A stretch of 64,000 bases of DNA from Mobula hypostoma (lineage: Eukaryota). The position numbers were made by a program, and so were the translations under genes. Every line of letters starts with the position of its first letter. Position 1 is the first letter of the stretch. Location: the NCBI RefSeq assembly GCF_963921235.1, contig NC_086109.1, forward strand, positions 868,001 to 932,000, in the 5' to 3' direction. The notes below the pieces were generated by a model. It made no database searches. It was not told the DNA's origin and saw only the letters and a program-made list of their open reading frames with translations. Shown in pieces: positions 1-12,575 of the stretch.

Positions 1-114
1 GGGACTGTCCCCTCTGTAGCTTAGAAGAATGAAAAGTGCTCTCATTGAAATATCCAAACTCCTGACAGGGTTCGACAGGGAGGGTGTTCTGCCTGAGTGT
101 GCATGGCTTTGAAT

Positions 115-450
115 GAGACTGAAGCTTCTTCTGCACTGTCCCATCAGAAGCTCACAGGGCACGGGTTAGACACAGAGTGAAGCTCCACTGTCCTGTGACA
201 CACTCCCAGGACACGGGTCAGATATAGAGAGAAGCTCCCTCTACACTGTCCTGTCACACACTCCCAGGGCATGGGTTAGACATAGAGAGAAGCTCCCTCT
301 ACACTGTCCTGTCACACATTCCCAGGGCATGGGTTAGCCACAGAGTGAAGCTCCCAAAGCATGGGTTAGACATAGAGAGAAGCTCCCTCTACACTGTCCC
401 ATCACATACTCACAAAGGACAGACGCAGAGTGAAGCTCCCTCTAAACTGT
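115..450. repeat. ~58-bp tandem repeat array (degenerate), following a CR1 ORF2 C-terminal fragment at 1-115
   Basis: Repeated unit ...gaagctccctctacactgtcc(t/c)(g/a)tcacacactcccagggcatgggttagaca..., about 6 copies. Confidence 0.85.
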
Positions 451-481
451 GCTGTCAGCTCCTGACTTTAGCACTCTTTAC

Positions 482-631
482 CTGGTAGGCCATTTCCCAT
501 TCCGAGTGCCAGTCCATCCTTGGTCCATTGGACAATGCCAGAGTAGTTGAAAACAGCACAGGAGAGGAGGGCACTGTCTCCGGCCACCACAACCTGATCT
601 CGGGGCTGCTCGGTGATTCGTGACCCGCTCA
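482..631 (-). CDS. KIRREL1: KIRREL/NEPH1-type Ig-superfamily adhesion protein, coding exon 2 (first half of Ig domain 1)
   Basis: 150-nt exon with acceptor tctttccacAG (633-632) and donor cag|GTaaag (481-480), phase 1 at both ends. Translates (V)[49 protein letters not shown]. The [18 protein letters not shown] block matches KIRREL1 Ig1 as recalled. Family call is strong; the paralogue call is less certain. Confidence 0.9.
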
Positions 632-1318
632 CTGTGGAAAGAACACAAGCTGGACAAACCTTTCACAGTGTCAGTGAGAGAGGGTCAGTGATGGGGAAGG
701 AGAGTGATAGAGGAACAGTGAGTGAGGAATGATGTGAGGGTTAGTATTGAGGGGGCTGTGAGAGCTCCACCCTGTGGGAGCAGTGGTAAAGTTAAGGAGA
801 AGAAGTGGTGGGTTTCTGTGAGTAGTGAGGGACCAATAGTTAAGTCACTTCTATGTTTTCTATGTTTCTATGTTTAAATCAATTGGCTGAATTAATTTAT
901 TTTCTGTGGTCCTTGTTTGCCGTCAAACTCAATCTTGTTTATAGCTACCTGCTGCCATCCCTATGCCTAGCTTTTCCTCTGCTCCCTTTTTCTCTCTCTC
1001 CCTCTCTTTCTATCTCACACTTTCTTCCTTTCCATAAGGCTCTCCTTGTTTTCTATCCCTGCTTCTTATTCACTCACCTCCTGTCTGTCTCTTTTTCTTC
1101 TTCTGTGTCTCCAACTCCTTTTGTTATTCTGAACCTGTCAACCTCTCTATATCTGTTCTTTCTCTTTTCTCACCCTGTATTGCCCCATCCTCACGTTCTC
1201 TTTCTCTTTGTGTCTCTGTCTCTTGTTGCTCGGTGTCAAATTTCTCGGCTCTTCCCTGTCAGTGTGCCTTTATTTGTCTCTCTTCCTCTCACTGTTCATC
1301 TCCATCTCCCTCAATCCT

Positions 1319-1369
<51 letters not shown>

Positions 1370-2119
1370 TCACCTGTTTCCTTGTCTCTGTTTCTCTACT
1401 CCTCCTCTCTCAGTGACCCAGTAAGTGCAAGGATTTGAACAGAGAGCCTTTTATTCCACCCGTCCACTCTCAGAAGGCTTTTCAGTCTCCCTGCAGGCTT
1501 GTGCAGTCTTTGCTTGCTGCACTTGCTGCTTTGCAGTTTGGAATGCCTTTCTTCTGCATTGTAAGCCATTCCTCACTGCCCTCGAGCAGTCTTCCTATTT
1601 TTAAACACCACCAGTCCAAGAGGATGCAGCAAGGAAGGCGAAAAAACTGAACACAGTACCATCATGGAGATTTCACAAAGAGCAACAGTATCTGAAACCT
1701 GCAGTCTCACCACTCTCTCCTCCCCAAACCTGTACTCTGATCTCCCATTCTCTACTCCCCTTTCTCTCATCCCCTCTTGCTCTTTTTTCTGATTCTTCTC
1801 TTTTTCTGATCAGCTCTCTTCCTCTCTCTCTCTCTGATTCCATCCCTTCTCGCTGTCACCTCCCCCTTTCATTCCCCCTCTCTCTGATCCTCCTCTTGCT
1901 TTCTGCTTTCCCCCTCCTCTCTTTAATTTTCTCACAGCCTTCCACTCTCATCTCTCTTCACTCCCTCCACCTCAGACCTCTCTCTCTCTCTCACCCTCTT
2001 CCTCTCCCTGCCCTCTCTCTCCTCCTCTCTCTCTCACTCCTGCCCCTTCCTCTCCCTCCCCCCCTCTTCCCCCCCGCTCCCTTTCCCTCTGCCCTCAGCC
2101 CCTCAGATCATTCTACATA

Positions 2120-3140
2120 ATTACCATCCTCTGAGTAAAAAAATGTTGCCCCTCAGGTCCTTTATATATTTCCCCTCTAACCCTAAATCTATGACCCCTA
2201 GTTTTAGTGATGACAATTGCCATCCACCTTATCACCTCATCACTTTAATCTTCTTCATTCCAAGGAATAGAATAAAGTCCTAACCTATTCAATTATTCCT
2301 TATAACTCCTTGTAAATTTTCTCTGTACTCTTTCAACCTTAATTAATCTTTCCTATAGGTAGGTGACTAAAACTGAACAAAATAATCCAAATTAGGCCTC
2401 ATCAATGTTTCATGCAACTTCAACAGCACATCCCATCTTCTGTACTTGATACTTTGAATTATGAAGGCCAACATGCTAAAAGATTTCTTTACAACTTTAT
2501 CATGATGTGACGCCACTTTCAATGAATTATGGATCTGTATTCCCAGATCCCTTTGTTCTACCACACCCCTCCGTGCCCAACCGTTCACTGTGTAAGACCT
2601 ACCCTGGTTGGTCCTACCAAAGTGCGACACCGCGCACTTGTCTGCATTAAATTCCATCTGCCATTTTCAGCCCATTTTTTCAGCTGATGCAGATCCCTCT
2701 GCAAGTCATGATAGCCTTCCTCACTGTCTACTACACTCTCAATCTTGGTGTCATCCAAAAATCTGATGACCCAGTTAGCCACATTATCATCCAGGTCATT
2801 GATACAGATAACAAACAACAAAGGACCCAGCACCCATCGCTGCAGCACACCAGCCTCTATAACCATCTAATACCACTCTGGCTTCTCCCATAAAGCCAAT
2901 GTCAAATCCAGTTCATTACCTCATCTTGAATGCCGAGTGACTGAATCTTCTTGACCAACCTCCCATGCAGGACCTTGTGAAGTGCCATGCCAAAGTCCAT
3001 GTAGACAACATCCACTGCCTTGCCTTCATCCACTTTCCTGGTAAACTCTTTGAAAAAAACTCTGTAAGATTGGTTAGACATGACTTATCACATATGAAGC
3101 CATGCTGACTATCCTTAATCGATCCATGTCTATCCAAATA
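2120..3140 (-). mobile_element. CR1 LINE 3' portion, decayed
   Basis: RT motifs SQHGF...SCLTNL, VLGPLLFVICINDLD, FLDDTKI, MEFNADKC, RPNLDYFVQF with frameshifts. Confidence 0.9.
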
Positions 3141-6100
3141 CTGCAGGTGAAACCCAGAGGAAAGACTCGCTGTTGCCCCAATCAGTGTACAGAATGTCCG
3201 CCAAAAATGAGACATGAATTGAGGACAGTGATCCAACGCAATGTCCACTGGAAATCCATGGATCCTGAAGACCTGATGCAGGACAATCTCGGCTGTCTCC
3301 ACTGCAGATGGTAGTTTGTCCAAGGCAATTAATTTGCAGGCCTTCAAAAAATGAAATATAGTTACCTTGATGACGGTCTTCCCCTTGCAAGGTGGAAGAC
3401 CCGTAACAAAGTCCATGGAAATATATGCCCATGATCTGTCCAGGAGAGGTAGAGGGCGAAGGACTCCTTTAGACTGAGTGTAGAGGGCGAAGGACTCCTT
3501 TAGACTGGGTGTAGAGTTCCTTGTCCCAGACACACACCTCGCATGCCAGCACGTATTGTCAGATCTCTCTTGTCAATCCAGGACACCAGTATCTTCTCCT
3601 GATGATCTTGGCGATCCTGTCAATCCCTGGGAGAGTGGTCATTCTTGATATGCGTCCTCATTGAAGTACCTGAGACCTGATGGAATTTGGAACAAACAGA
3701 TGACCTGGAGGATTATTCTTGGGAATCTCTTCTTGTGCCTGGGCCTTGTGAATGAGTGTGTCAATTCCCTGATAAATTGGCATGATCTTTTTAGCTTGGG
3801 GCAAAAGAGAAGGCTGCTCTTCTCTTTCGAGTTCATCGAACTGCTAAGACAAGGCATCCAGTTTCTGTCTCTTTGACCCTAGTCAATAGGTCAGGATGAC
3901 ATTGAAGCAGTTAAAGAAAGGAGACCACCTGGCCTGCCTGAAATTCAGGCTTTTGGCCTGCTGAAAGTAAGCCAGGTTTCTAAGGTGAAATAGGTTCCAT
4001 ACAGTAAAAGGATTCTTGGGCCTCTCAAGCCAGTGATGCCATTCCTCCAAAGCCAACTTGACCGCAAGCAGGTCTTTACTTCTGATATCGTAGTTCACCT
4101 CTGCCAGGGATAATCGCCTGGAGAAGAATGCACACATGTGCAGTTTATAGTCCGAAAGTGTCCATTGAGACAATACTGCGCCCACTCTGACATCCAAAGC
4201 GTCCACCTCCATGATGAAGGGAATGTCTGGGTTAGGTGAAACCCAAATGGGAGCTGTCATGAACTGCTATTTGAGCTCTGCAAAAGAAACCTTCACTTCA
4301 GTAGTTCAAACAAAAAGACCTGTGAATCTCTTAGTGCTGTCAGCTGAGCTATCACTGCACTAAAGTTCTTGATGAATTTTCTGTAAAAGTTGGCAAATCC
4401 CAGGAATCATTGGACTTGTTGCATATTGGATGGTTATGGCCAATCTCTTAGTGCCTGTGTCTTAGTAGGGTCCATCTTGAGGTTGCCAATTGAGGTGATA
4501 AAACCCAAAGATGAAACAGTGTTTTCATGAAATTCAGATTTTGCCAGCTTGTCATAAACTTCATGATCTAGAAGCCTCTTTAAGATATCTCTGAATTAGA
4601 TAACATGATCCTTCATGGACTTCCAGAAAATTAGGATATCATCTTAGATGAAGACATACTTCTGGAGTTCATGTAATTTATAAAGGCCTGCAAAATTACT
4701 GATGCATTTGCAAACTCAAAGGGCATGACCAGGTACTCATAGTGGCCTTTCAGTGTGTTGAATGCGGTCTTCCACTCATCACAGTCCTTTATGCGGACCA
4801 GTATATACACACTCTTACCCCTTGGAGAATCACAAAGGCAATATTCATGAGTGGAAGGGGATAATGCTCTTTGGCCGTTATGCAATTCAGCACTCTATGA
4901 TCAATGCATGGCCGCAGGCTCCCGTCCTTTTCCTGTATGAAGAGGAAACCTGCATTGGCTGGTAATGTGGAGGGGCAAATGAATCCCATGGCAAGAGCCT
5001 CCTTTATGTACTCCACTTCTCTCCGGGCCTGAGTCCAACCAACCCTGTGGAGGACAAGTACCAGGCAGTAGATCTATATACAGTCATAGGGTTGGGTAGG
5101 TGGAAGTGTCAAGGCCTTTCCCTTGCTGAAGATCTCTTCCAAATCCTCGTAGACGGAAGGGATTTTGACCAGCTTGGGTCTTGCTTCCACCCCTGAACTT
5201 CACTCTGAGGATGACTCTTGAAGCTCCATAGGTAGCAGGGGTGATTCAGCAGACCTCAGAATCTCATCCATAGTTTCACTGGAGTCTTTAGTTGAAACAG
5301 AGACAAAATCAGAGTCCAACTCCTCATGCGTATCTTCAGACAGCGGCAACAATGTGCGACAAATGGTCTTTGTGCTCCTGGAACCAGGTTTGAAGGATCT
5401 ACATTTAGGAGCCTTTCCCTTACATGGGAATTGGCAACTGGATCCCTTAGGCTTAGCTGCTAGAGTTTCAGACTGCTAGGGCACCTCCTTGGCTTGCTCC
5501 TGAACTCGAGGCCCTCTCTCTCTAGTTCTAGCACATCCCTATCTAGACAGGGTCATGACTTACACAGTCCTGTTGGCTGGAGCTGGCTTGTCTACTGTTG
5601 GAGGCAGGACTGGGTCTCCCAAAGGCTCCAGATTACCCTGAACAAAAGTCTGCCTCATCGTCATCTGCTGTTCTCGAGATAGCCTGATAGGCAGAACTCT
5701 AAGCTGAAAACAAACCCTCTTGCAATGACTGGACTATGCAATGGTCCTCCCTTCTTTCCAGTTCATGGAAGGGTTATGCTGGGGCAACCAAGGGTGCCCA
5801 AGGATCAGGTTTTGTGAGGAGAATTGATGATATAGAAACAAATATTCTCTGCATGTTCCTCTATCCTCATCTGCAAAGCCAATGTCTGCTGTAGAATCTC
5901 CCTGGAACCAAGTGGACAGCCATCCATTTGGCCCGCAGCCGACCTGCTTCCCCACAGTAATAGCAGCAACTTTGACTCTGATGCTAGGGTTTCTCATCAG
6001 TGGATAGTCTTGTGCAACCAATTTGCATGGGCTCGACAGGATCCTGAGGAGGAGATGGACTGGTCATTGTCTGTGGTCAGGAACTGGAACTGCGATGTAT

Positions 6101-6955
6101 TGAGGTCATGCTCGGGCTAGACCTCTTTGACATCTTGAGATAGTCCCACTCTTGATCCACCAGGCAATTATTGAGGTGGATGGACTGATCAATCATAGCC
6201 TCTAAGCCCTCTACCAGCTCTCTCAAGGCAAGGGCATCCTTTAGTTCACCTTGGAGTCTCGATGGGCCGAATAGCCGACTTCTGCTCCTTTGTCTTATGG
6301 TCTTATGGCATTACAGAGTGGCCAAGGTCTCCCTGTTCCAGCCAATCTCTTCAGCCAAAGCCCAAAACTGAATGGTATAGTCAGCAGCTGACGGATTGCC
6401 CTGACACACCTTCACAGACAATCCGAGCTCTGTTTGCTCCAGCAGGATGATGCAACACCCTCTCCGTGGTGGCCATAACTTCCTCCGACTGAGCAAATCT
6501 CTGAGCTCTGCTCCCAATGCACGATGGGCCAGACTGGAGCTCTCCCGGTCGGGAGAGAGATCACAAAAGTCCACCTTTCCGTTCTCCATAGGGAAGCGGG
6601 ATGGCCAGATTTCAAACATCAATGAACAGTGAGTGAGGAAGCTGCAGCAAGAACCCAGTTCACTGCCGAACCTCTCTGGGCTCTGAAGATGGACCGGCTC
6701 CATAGAGTGACCAACAGCCTCACCTGTGGGATTCTGGCTTCCTTTTAACAACAGTTGGCACGTGGCTAATATGGCAGGAGAGTGGGAACCAGTATGATAG
6801 AGCTGAGGATGAGCCAGCAGGTTTACAACTAGATGATGGGTGTAACACGAATGTAAGAAAGGACAAGCCAGTGATTAGGTACAAATGCAGACAGAGCAAA
6901 GAGTTAAATTGTACCACAGAGACAAAATTCAAAACAGCGAGGAATGAGGACTGAA
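3141..6955 (-). mobile_element. Ty3/Gypsy LTR retrotransposon (Sushi/chromovirus-like), decayed and 3'-truncated
   Basis: Order on the minus strand: LTR end ...TGTTACA (6841); gag (PERFGSELGSC, FVISLPTGRA..W); protease region (LILGHPWL..HNPSMNW); RT ([35 protein letters not shown], broken YxDD near 4640); RNase H (EVDALDVRVGAVLSQ, KLALEEWHHWLE); integrase (WAYISMDFVTGLP, FRIHGFPVDI). Many stops and frameshifts. Confidence 0.93.
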
Positions 6956-6956
6956 G

Positions 6957-7261
6957 GTGGACAAGTGGTTAAGGCGACGGTCTAGTGATCTGAAGGTGCT
7001 AGTTTGAGCCTCAGCTGAGGCAGCATGTTGTGTCCTTGAGCAAGGCACTTAACCACACATTGCTCTGTGACGACACCAGTGCCAAGCCGTATCAGCCCTA
7101 GTGCCCTTCCCTTGGACAACATCGGTGGCATGGAGAGGGGAGACTTGCAACATGGGCAACTGCCGTTCTTCCATACTACCCAGGCCTGCACCCTGGAAAC
7201 CTTCCAAGGCGCAAATCTATGGTCTCACGAGACTAACGGATGCCTATTATTATTATTATTA
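6957..7261 (+). mobile_element. tRNA-derived SINE with central gtgtccttgagcaaggcacttaacc block and (TTA)n tail
   Basis: A-box-like GTGGacaAGTGGTTAAGG, degenerate B-box, terminal TTA repeats; its head is homologous to the 18366-18585 copy. Confidence 0.75.
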
Positions 7262-7659
7262 GCATTTGAAATAAGGTTGATGAACTCATTCATCAGTATG
7301 ATGTTGTGGGCATCACTGATGTTGTACCAACCCTTCAACCAAATCCAAGATCAATCTAAACCTTCCGTCTCACATAGCCACTCCATTTTTGGAAGGGAAA
7401 CTTTGAGGTAATGGGGATAGGGGCTCAGTCTTGACCCACAGAAACTGAATGGCCCCTGCACTTGTTGGAAAGCCACAAATCTATAATTGATGAGCCCCTG
7501 CACTCCTCACTCTACAGTTACCCTCCTTCTCTTCCCCCTCCCCCTTCCCTGAGGAAGGAGGATGGTATGGGCAAGGAGTTTTGGGACCCCAGCACTTCTC
7601 CCCTCTCCACCGAATGCCAACAAACCCCCCCTCATTGCAACACCAAAAGGGACCTCACA

Positions 7660-7925
7660 GGTCAGTATGGTAGTATTGTGATTAGCACAATGCTTTACAG
7701 TACGGGCAATGCTGGTTCAATTCCCACCGCTGCATTAAAGGAGTCTGTAAATTCTCCCTGTGAGCATGAGGGTTTCCTCTCACAGAGAAAAGATGTACCG
7801 GTGTGCAGACTAATTAGTCACAGTAAAATCATCCGGTGATTAGGCTAGCATTAAATTGGGGGATTGCTGGGTGCTGTGGCTCAAGGGTCTGGAAGGGCCC
7901 GTTCTGTGCTGAATCTCAGTAAATA
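7660..7925 (+). mobile_element. V-SINE/HE1-like SINE
   Basis: tRNA-like head (GGTTCAATTCCC B-box), V-domain-like ttctccctgtg...gggtttcctc, CR1-type tail aagggcccgttctgtgctg. Confidence 0.7.
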
Positions 7926-7969
7926 GATACCCATTGGAAGTTATGACTCGGGTGACTGTGTGTCCTTTT

Positions 7970-9450
7970 TGAATCATAAAACACAGAAAGAGGCCCTGCA
8001 AACCACAATGTCCATGCTGTTCCTTTCTCCAATCTACACCAATTCCACTTACCCACATTAGTACTGTGCAAGCCTATAACCCATGTCAGTGTCTACCTGA
8101 CTCTAGCAACTCCCCTGGCAGCCAGTTCTAGAAATCAACCACTCTCTGTGTCATAGCAGGATACAGTACAGAAGTGATCATTCGGCCTAACAACACTCAA
8201 ATGCCCATTTACACTCATCCAGTGTTCATACTTCTAACTTCTCCCACATTCTTATCAACCTGAGATCCACTTTAAGCCAATCTTTTCAACCTACATGCTC
8301 ATTTTTAACAACCTGATGACGGGAGAAAGATTCTGGTGGTAGATCCACACCATGATTCCTATAATTTTATACCCTTCTGTTAGGTCTCCCTTTGGCTACC
8401 CCCCTCCTTGTTCACCTCACCAGTGCATCACTCTTGAATTAGAACTCAGAACAGTACAACAGAGGAACAGGCTCTTTGACACACAATGTGGCACAGAACT
8501 AATTCAACAAGTAATTCAATGCCCAACTAAACTAATCCCTTCTGTTTACATTCCTCCAGACCCTACCCATTCATGTGCCATTCTTTGAGCCTTTAACACT
8601 AACACTCAAAGACCAGTATTTGTTCCACTACCATCCAGAGAGCACATTCCAGGTACCCACCACCCCCAGTGTAACAACACTTCTGCCCCTCTCATCTTAA
8701 ATGCATTCCATCTAGTGGAAAAAAGATGTTGCGTACTCCATCTGTGCCTCTCATAATCTAAACTTCTACCAGATCTCCCCTCAGCTTCTGCTGTTCAAGA
8801 GAAGACAACCCAACCTTCAGAGACACATGACCTCTAATCCAGGCAGCATCTGGTAAACCTCTTCTGCACCCTCTCCAAAGCCTACACATTCTTCCTATAA
8901 TGGGGTGACCAGAATTGAATACAATGCTCCAGATGTGGCCTAACCAGAGATAGATGGTATAAAGCTGCAACACAGGTTCCTGAGTCTTCAACTCAATTCC
9001 TCTAAGAATCATGGCAAGCACGGCACCACGTACCCTAACAATGCGCAGCCACAGACTTCGATTTCAAAATCCCTTTGTACCTCAACTGTGCAGAGACCTA
9101 CATTGCCTGCTATCTCCCAAACTGCAAAAAACATTGCATACAGAAGTTGTGTTCTATACTCTATTTTGTTGTGATTGAATAAGTCATTGCTGAGGCCACA
9201 CTTTGATTACAGTGTACTGTTTTGGTCACCCTGTTATAGCAAAGACATGGGAAGACTGGAAAGAATACAGAAATATTTATTAGGATCTGCCAGGTCTAGA
9301 AGGCCTGAGCTACAGTGGAAAAATTTGATGGGCTAGGTTTTGATTCCTTGGTATGTAGGAGACTGAAAGGTGACCTTATAGAAGCATTTAAAATTATGGA
9401 GAGGCACAGATAATGTGGTTGGGAACAGTCTCTTCCCCAGGGTAGGGGAG
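7970..9450. mobile_element. Cluster of decayed CR1 3' fragments (mostly minus strand; 9170-9450 plus)
   Basis: CR1 3' tails and ORF2 C-terminal motifs (LEQQKLRGDLVEV, QFWSP-like). Confidence 0.7.
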
Positions 9451-10005
9451 AAGGTGGATGAAAACACTCATCCCAAGGGTAGGGGAGAAGGTGGATAGGA
9501 ACAGTCTTCCCCAGGGTAGGGGGAAGGTGGATGGGAACACTCATTCCCAGAGTAGGGGAGAAGGTGGATGGGAACACTGTTCCCCAGGGTAGGGAGGAAG
9601 GTGGATGGGAACACTGTTCCCCTGGGTAGGGGGAAGGTGGATGAGAACACTATTCCCCAGGGTAGGGAGGAAGGTGGATGGGAACAGTCTTCACAAGGGT
9701 AGGGGAGATGGTGAATGGAAACACTGTTCCCCAGGGTAGTGGGGGAGGTGGATGAAAATGGTCTCTTCCCCAGGGTAGGGAGGAAGGTGGATGGGAAAAC
9801 TCATCCCCAGGGTAGGGGGGGAGGTGGATGAAAACAGTCTCTTCCCCAGGGTAGGGGAGAAGGTGGTTGGGAACACTCTTCCCCAGGGTAGGGGGAAGGT
9901 GGATGTGAACAATCTTCCTCAGGGTAGGGGCGAAGGTAGATGGGAACAGTCTTCTCCAGGGTAGGGGGAAGGTGGATGGAAAGTCTTTTCCCCGGGGTAG
10001 GGGAG
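9415..10005. repeat. ~37-bp G-rich minisatellite, roughly 15 copies
   Basis: Unit aggtggatgggaacactgttccccagggtaggggaga with variants. Confidence 0.9.
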
Positions 10006-12575
10006 CGTCAGGTAGGGAGGGAGGGTTTGATAATGGGAGGGAGTGGGTTTGGAGAGGAGAAGGATGTGCAAAGAGAAGGGGTAGGGAGTGAGGTGGGAGA
10101 GGGAAGTAGGGAGGGAAAGGGGAGGGAGAGGGGAAGGTGAGGGAAGGGGAGAGGAGATGGAGAGGGGAGGGTGTGGGGAGAGGAAGGGTGGGTGAGGGGA
10201 GGGAGAGTTGAGGAGAGGGAGAGGAGAAGGAAGGGGGAGGGAAGGGAAAGGGGAGGGGAGGGAGCGGGGAGGAAGTGGGGAGGGAGGGGGAGAGGGGAGG
10301 GAGAGTGGAGGGAGAGGGGAAGAAGTGAGGAGGGGGAGGGATAAAGGGTGGGAATTGAGAGGGAGAGAGGTGAGAGTGGAGAAGAGGGGATGGAGTATGG
10401 AGGGAGAGGGAAGGAATGTGGAGGGAGAGTGGAGAGGGGAAGGAGGAGAGGGAGGAGGGAAGGAGGAGAGGCAGGGAGGAAGGAGGAGAGGCAGGGAGGA
10501 AGGAGGGAAGCAGGAGAGAGAGGGGAGGAAGAGGGGAGGTAGGGGAGGGAGTGGGAATGGTGAGGGGAGGGAGGGGGATGGAGAGGCAAAAGGGGAAGGT
10601 GAAGTGGTAGGAAGGGGGAGGGAGTTGAGAGGAAGGGAGTGGGGAGGGGAGGGGAAGGGGAATGTAAGTGAGGGAAAGGGGAGGGGAGGTTGAGGGGAGG
10701 GAGGGTGGAGGGAGATGAAAGGAAGTCAGAGGGAGTGGGGAAGGATAAAGAGAGGGAGTTGCAAGGGAGAGTGCCGGGGGGTGAGGGGAGCAAGGGGGAG
10801 GGGGAGGATAGGTGGAGAGAAAGGAGAGGGGAGGGAGAGGGGAGGGAGAGGGGAGGGAGAGGGAAGGGAGAGGGAAGGGAGAGGGAAGGGAGAGGGAAGG
10901 GAGAGGGAAAGGAGAGAGAAAGGAGAGAGAAAGGAGAGAGAAAGGAGAGAGAAAGGAGAGGGGAGGGAGTGGATAGAGTGGAGGGAATAGCGAGGAGAGG
11001 GAGTGGAGAGAGGGGGTCAGTCTGGAGAGTGGGGAGAGGGGAGGGAGAGGGTAGGTGGAGAGGAGGGTGCAGGGATTGGTGAGGGAGAGGGGAGGGAAGG
11101 GGGTGGAGAGGAAGAGAGAGGTGAGATAGAGGCGAGAGGAGAGTGAAAGTGGATGGTGTGGAATGGAGGAAAGGGAGAGAGGAGAGGGAATGGGGAGAGT
11201 GGAGGGAGAGGGGCGAGAGTGGAGGGAGAGGGGAGCTAGTGGAGTTGAAGAAGGGACGGAGAGGAGAGGAAATGAGGACAGCGGGGTCTGGGGAGAAGGG
11301 AGCAAGACGGGAGGAAATTGGGAGAGGGGTGGGAGAGGGGAGGGAGAGGGGAGGGAGAGGAGGGGGAGGGGAGCAAGAGGGGAGGGAGTGGGGAGGGTGA
11401 GGGGAGGGAGTGGAATGGCTGAAAGGTGGAAGTGGAGGGAGGTGGCAGGGAGAGGGGAGTGGGGAGGGAGAGTTGAGGGTGTGGGGAGGGAGTAGTGCGG
11501 GTGTGGGGTGGGAATGGGGAGGGAGCAGTGAGGGAATGGGGAGGGAGAGGGAAGGGAGTAGGGAGGGAGAGGGAGGGAATTGGGAGGGAGAGGGGAGGGA
11601 ATGAGGAAAAGGAGGAAAGGGGAGAACGTGGGGAGGGAGTGGAAGGGAGTGAGAGCAAGAGGGGAGGGGAGGAAGAGGGAAAGGAGGGTGGAAGGAGAGA
11701 GTAGGGAGAGAAGAAGGGGGGGTGTAAGGAGGGAGTGGAGAGTGAGAGGGGAGCCAACCCGAGGTATGAGGGAGTGTGATGGAGGGGTAAGGGAGGGGGT
11801 CTGAGGGATAAGGTTTGGAATGATGCATGAGCAAATGGGTAGGAGTGGGTAGGAGGGATAAGAGAGGGGTCTGAGGGATGAGGTTTGGAATGATGCATGA
11901 GGGAGTGGATGGGAATGGGTAGGAGGGATAAGAGGGGGGTCTGTGGGATGAGGTTCAGATGGATGCATGAGGGAGTGGGTGGGAGTGCGTTGGAGGGATG
12001 AGAGGGATCTGAGGAATGAGGTTTGGAATGATGCATGAGGGAGTTGGTGGGAATACATAAGGGGATGTGGGTGTAGGGTGGGAGTGCATAGGAGGGCTGA
12101 GAGAGTCAGTAGGAGTGATGAAGTTTGGGACAGAATTATGAGGGAGCAGGGAGGATTAAGGGTGTGAATAGGAGGGAAGAGAGGGTGGGAAGGAGGGATG
12201 GGGGTAGGTAGGAGAGATAAGAGATTGGGACAGAGGGATGAGGGAGTGGGTAGGAGAGTTGAGGGAGTGGGACAGAGGGATAAGAGAGTGGGACGGAGGG
12301 ATGAGGAGATGGGTAGGAGAGTTGAGGGAGTGGGACAGAGGGATAAGAGAGTGGGAAAGAGGGATGAGGGAGTGGGACGGAGGGATGAGGGGGTGGGTAG
12401 GAGAGTTGAGGGAGTGGGTAGGAGGGATGAGGGGTGGGTAGGAGGGATGAGGGAGTGGGTAGGAGAGTTGAGGGAGTGGGACAGAGGGATAAGAGAGTGG
12501 GACGGAGGGATGAGGGAGTGGGACGGAGGGATGAGGGAGTGGGTAGGAGGGATGAGGGAGTGGGTAGGAGGGATG
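10006..12575. repeat. 2.6-kb G/A-rich low-complexity tract containing ~60-bp (11760-12050) and 21-bp (12200-12575) minisatellites
   Basis: Strongly purine-biased on plus; units gagggatgaggtttggaatgatgcatga... and gagggatgagggagtgggtag. Confidence 0.9.

Noticed and set aside
478..666. 62-aa ORF MKGLSSLC...
   Set aside because: Wrong frame; the real coding sequence is the spliced KIRREL exon 482-631
853..2120. Hydrophobic L/S/F-rich ORFs resembling membrane proteins
   Set aside because: Products of (CT)n and pyrimidine tracts
2916..3533. 205-aa integrase-like ORF as a domesticated gene
   Set aside because: Truncated Gypsy integrase fused to CR1 sequence, within a frameshifted element
6957..7030. 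tRNA gene
   Set aside because: A/B-box head continues into a SINE body and tail; no complete cloverleaf is evident
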